64,000 bases of DNA from assembly GCA_010093745.1 (NCBI GenBank), contig MU005982.1:1-64000 (forward strand). Direction: 5' to 3'. The DNA comes from Piedraia hortae CBS 480.64 (lineage: Eukaryota). Of the stretch, positions 61,721-64,000 are shown in pieces. The stretch's first letter is position 1. Every line of letters begins with the position of its first letter. The notes beneath the pieces are model-generated. The model was not told the DNA's origin. It saw nothing but the letters and a program-made list of their open reading frames with translations, and did not search any database. The translations under genes were made by a program, and so were the position numbers.

Positions 61721-64000
61721 GACGTTCTTGATATGGATGTCTGCGGAGAGGAATTGGTTTCAGGGATATGTGCCATTATTTGTTGGAGGGGGAAGGAGTT
61801 TTTGGGAAGCAGCGGAGTGATTTTGCGATTGAGGGAGAGGTTGTGAAGGAGATGGAGTTCTACACTTTGTGAGATACTAGGGAGTATATATAAAATTGCT
61901 CACGAAAAAGTCTTGGTAGGGTTGGAATAGAATTTTTCGCTGGAGCACAGGGGATGGGATGCTACCGCGATGCTGTGGAGAGTTTCATTCTAATGATGAA
62001 TCTAGTCTGTCAGGGAGAAAGCAAACCTGCAATTTGTGGAATCCTTGGGATGAAAAATGAACCTGTGAATATTTTCCGCTACAAATTTTTTGAGATGCAA
62101 TGTCTCAGATTGTGTAGAATGGGTTCAGACAGCCTCAATACTGACTAGAACGTAACAACTTGAAGGTCGTCACGAAATTGGTAGCTTTCTAGTGCGTGAT
62201 GCGGCCCGTACCACGTAGATCCGCCCAGGTCCCGTTCCGTTCGTCCGGGACTCTCCGTAACAGGCAGCAGCTCTATTTTACGTCGTACAATGATTTCTGG
62301 GAAGAGTTGAACTGCGTTTTTTATGTCGAGCAGTGAATCTACAAATCGCAATAGAAGTTCTACATTACAGTGCTGGATAAATGTCATCAGACGATATTAG
62401 GCACTGGCCTGCCATGCCATAGCCTGACGCACTTGACAAACTCATTGTCAACCATTATGATTGCTTATCGAACCTGACACACGCCACGAGCGAGAATTGA
62501 ACAGGAAGTAGTGACAAGGGTCTATCTCAATAGCGTGTCTTCATTTTACTGTCTCGAACTAATAAAGTTGATGAAATGAACTATATTTGGTCCCCCAGAC
62601 ACCTAAACCCTTTTACTAAAACAGACCGGCCGAACAGTTAGCCTTGCCCTCCTTCGTAGGCAGACGGCAAACACCAACCATCTAGTTTTAGATGCTTCTC
62701 AAATCGACCGCAAAAGCAAAGGTTGATTTATTGATGCACAGAACGACCACAGCCTTCAGAGTTGTCCCTGGATTGTCAACCACGGCAAATAACACCTATG
62801 ATTTGTTCCCGGTGATAACGACAAGCCGTCCGCAGATGGTGAGGACGTTGCCAATGCAGCAGTAGAAACTTTTACCGAATCAGGCCAGCCGAACAGTTCG
62901 TTTTACGCTCCTTTGTGAGGAAGATCGCAAAGCCCACACGTCGTGTCTTGGGTTTTTGTCCAGCTTATCGATCACAGCAACCGCAACGATTGATTTATTC
63001 CCCGTAATTACGACAAGTTTTCCGTGGACAGTCCGATGCGTAGCGGAAGCAACACCAAAAACAACGTTTGCAAAGACGGCAGCGAGACAATTTACTTTGC
63101 ATTCTTTGGTTGGCAGGAAGGCAAAGCCCACCCATGCGGTGTTTGGCTTTTTTTACACGATAACAGCAATGGTTGGTTTGTGGATGCAGATGGCGACCAG
63201 AGAAGTTTTGACGGTAGTGTCCGATCGGCCAGGTCACAAGCCCATGGCGCAGTTTGTTGTCCGTGTCGGTGAGCAGCGGCGAGGACAACATCATATTGTC
63301 AAACGATGACGGGATAGCGGGCATTTGAGTAGAGCGAGGACGTGTTCTTGGAAGGAACGTCACATGGGTTGCAACGACCACCTCTGCTTGTGGATTGTCG
63401 GTGGCTGATAGCGCTTGGCGGGCTGACAGGGTCGGAGGGTGGGCAAAAAAATGGCAAACTTCGATAGTGTCGGGAAATCAGGAGTCTTTCGTCTTCAGGG
63501 TCGATCAACTAACAACCAAGGCAGCCCTGGGTCGCTTGTCTTGCTCCGGGGCCGATTGCATGCTTCGTGTGCAAGTGCATGTTGCGGGCTTTCGGAGGGG
63601 CGCCATGGTTTGTTGAACCTTCACACAGTCAGCTTCTGTCTAACGAATCAAACAATGTACGTGCCAGAGAGGAAACTGCAGTGTAAGTCTCATGTTCTTC
63701 AGCCGTTTCAACATTTTGTCGGGCAGCAAAATCAGGGAATAGACCCGGAAAATCGCACCCATCCAGTAGTGATAATAAAGACACCCGCGTCGGATGTAGC
63801 CATAACTGGCCATGAAGTCATCTTGGGGTAATTTCAGCCAGAGCATCCCCAGGGCAGTATTCCATGGCGATTAAGTGGCTTGTATGCACACCGCCAATGC
63901 CTTCGAGAGGGGCAAAGCGTCGGATTTGATTTGTCATGATCAGTGAACGGGGCCGCGTTTGACTTGACCCTGTCATGACGAGCGAAAGATTGCATGGTGC

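Noticed and set aside
62600..64000. Cluster of overlapping short ORFs at the right end
   Set aside because: No consistent frame, splice pattern or known motif.

Overview
Eukaryotic, filamentous-ascomycete-type genomic DNA with very short GT-AG introns (44-55 nt, CTRAC/CTRAT branch sites). About nine intact-looking genes sit as islands in a field of transposon debris: a Spo5-like RRM protein, a Lys-rich orphan, an NpgA/Ppt1 phosphopantetheinyl transferase, a leaderless CAP/PR-1 protein, Sqt1, a secreted RNase T1-fold protein, a CCDC47/DUF1682 ER protein, a GPI-anchored yapsin-like aspartic protease and a 689-aa repeat-containing orphan. There is also one tRNA-Thr(UGU). The debris includes about 20 solo or partial LTRs (many with exact 5-bp TSDs), Copia and Gypsy gag/integrase/protease relics, the 5' end of a Copia element running off the left edge, and a TA-flanked TIR element. 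The most notable signal is a stem / U-rich internal loop / stem-loop shared by otherwise diverged LTR families. It shows compensatory and G-U wobble changes and resembles an ENE poly(A)-binding triple-helix RNA stability element. Other leads: a mini-LTR Copia found twice inside the ENE-bearing LTR family, a T1-like RNase with a His40-to-Lys change and a basic loop, and a tandem 160-bp exon+intron repeat. All assignments were made by eye; no database searches were run.
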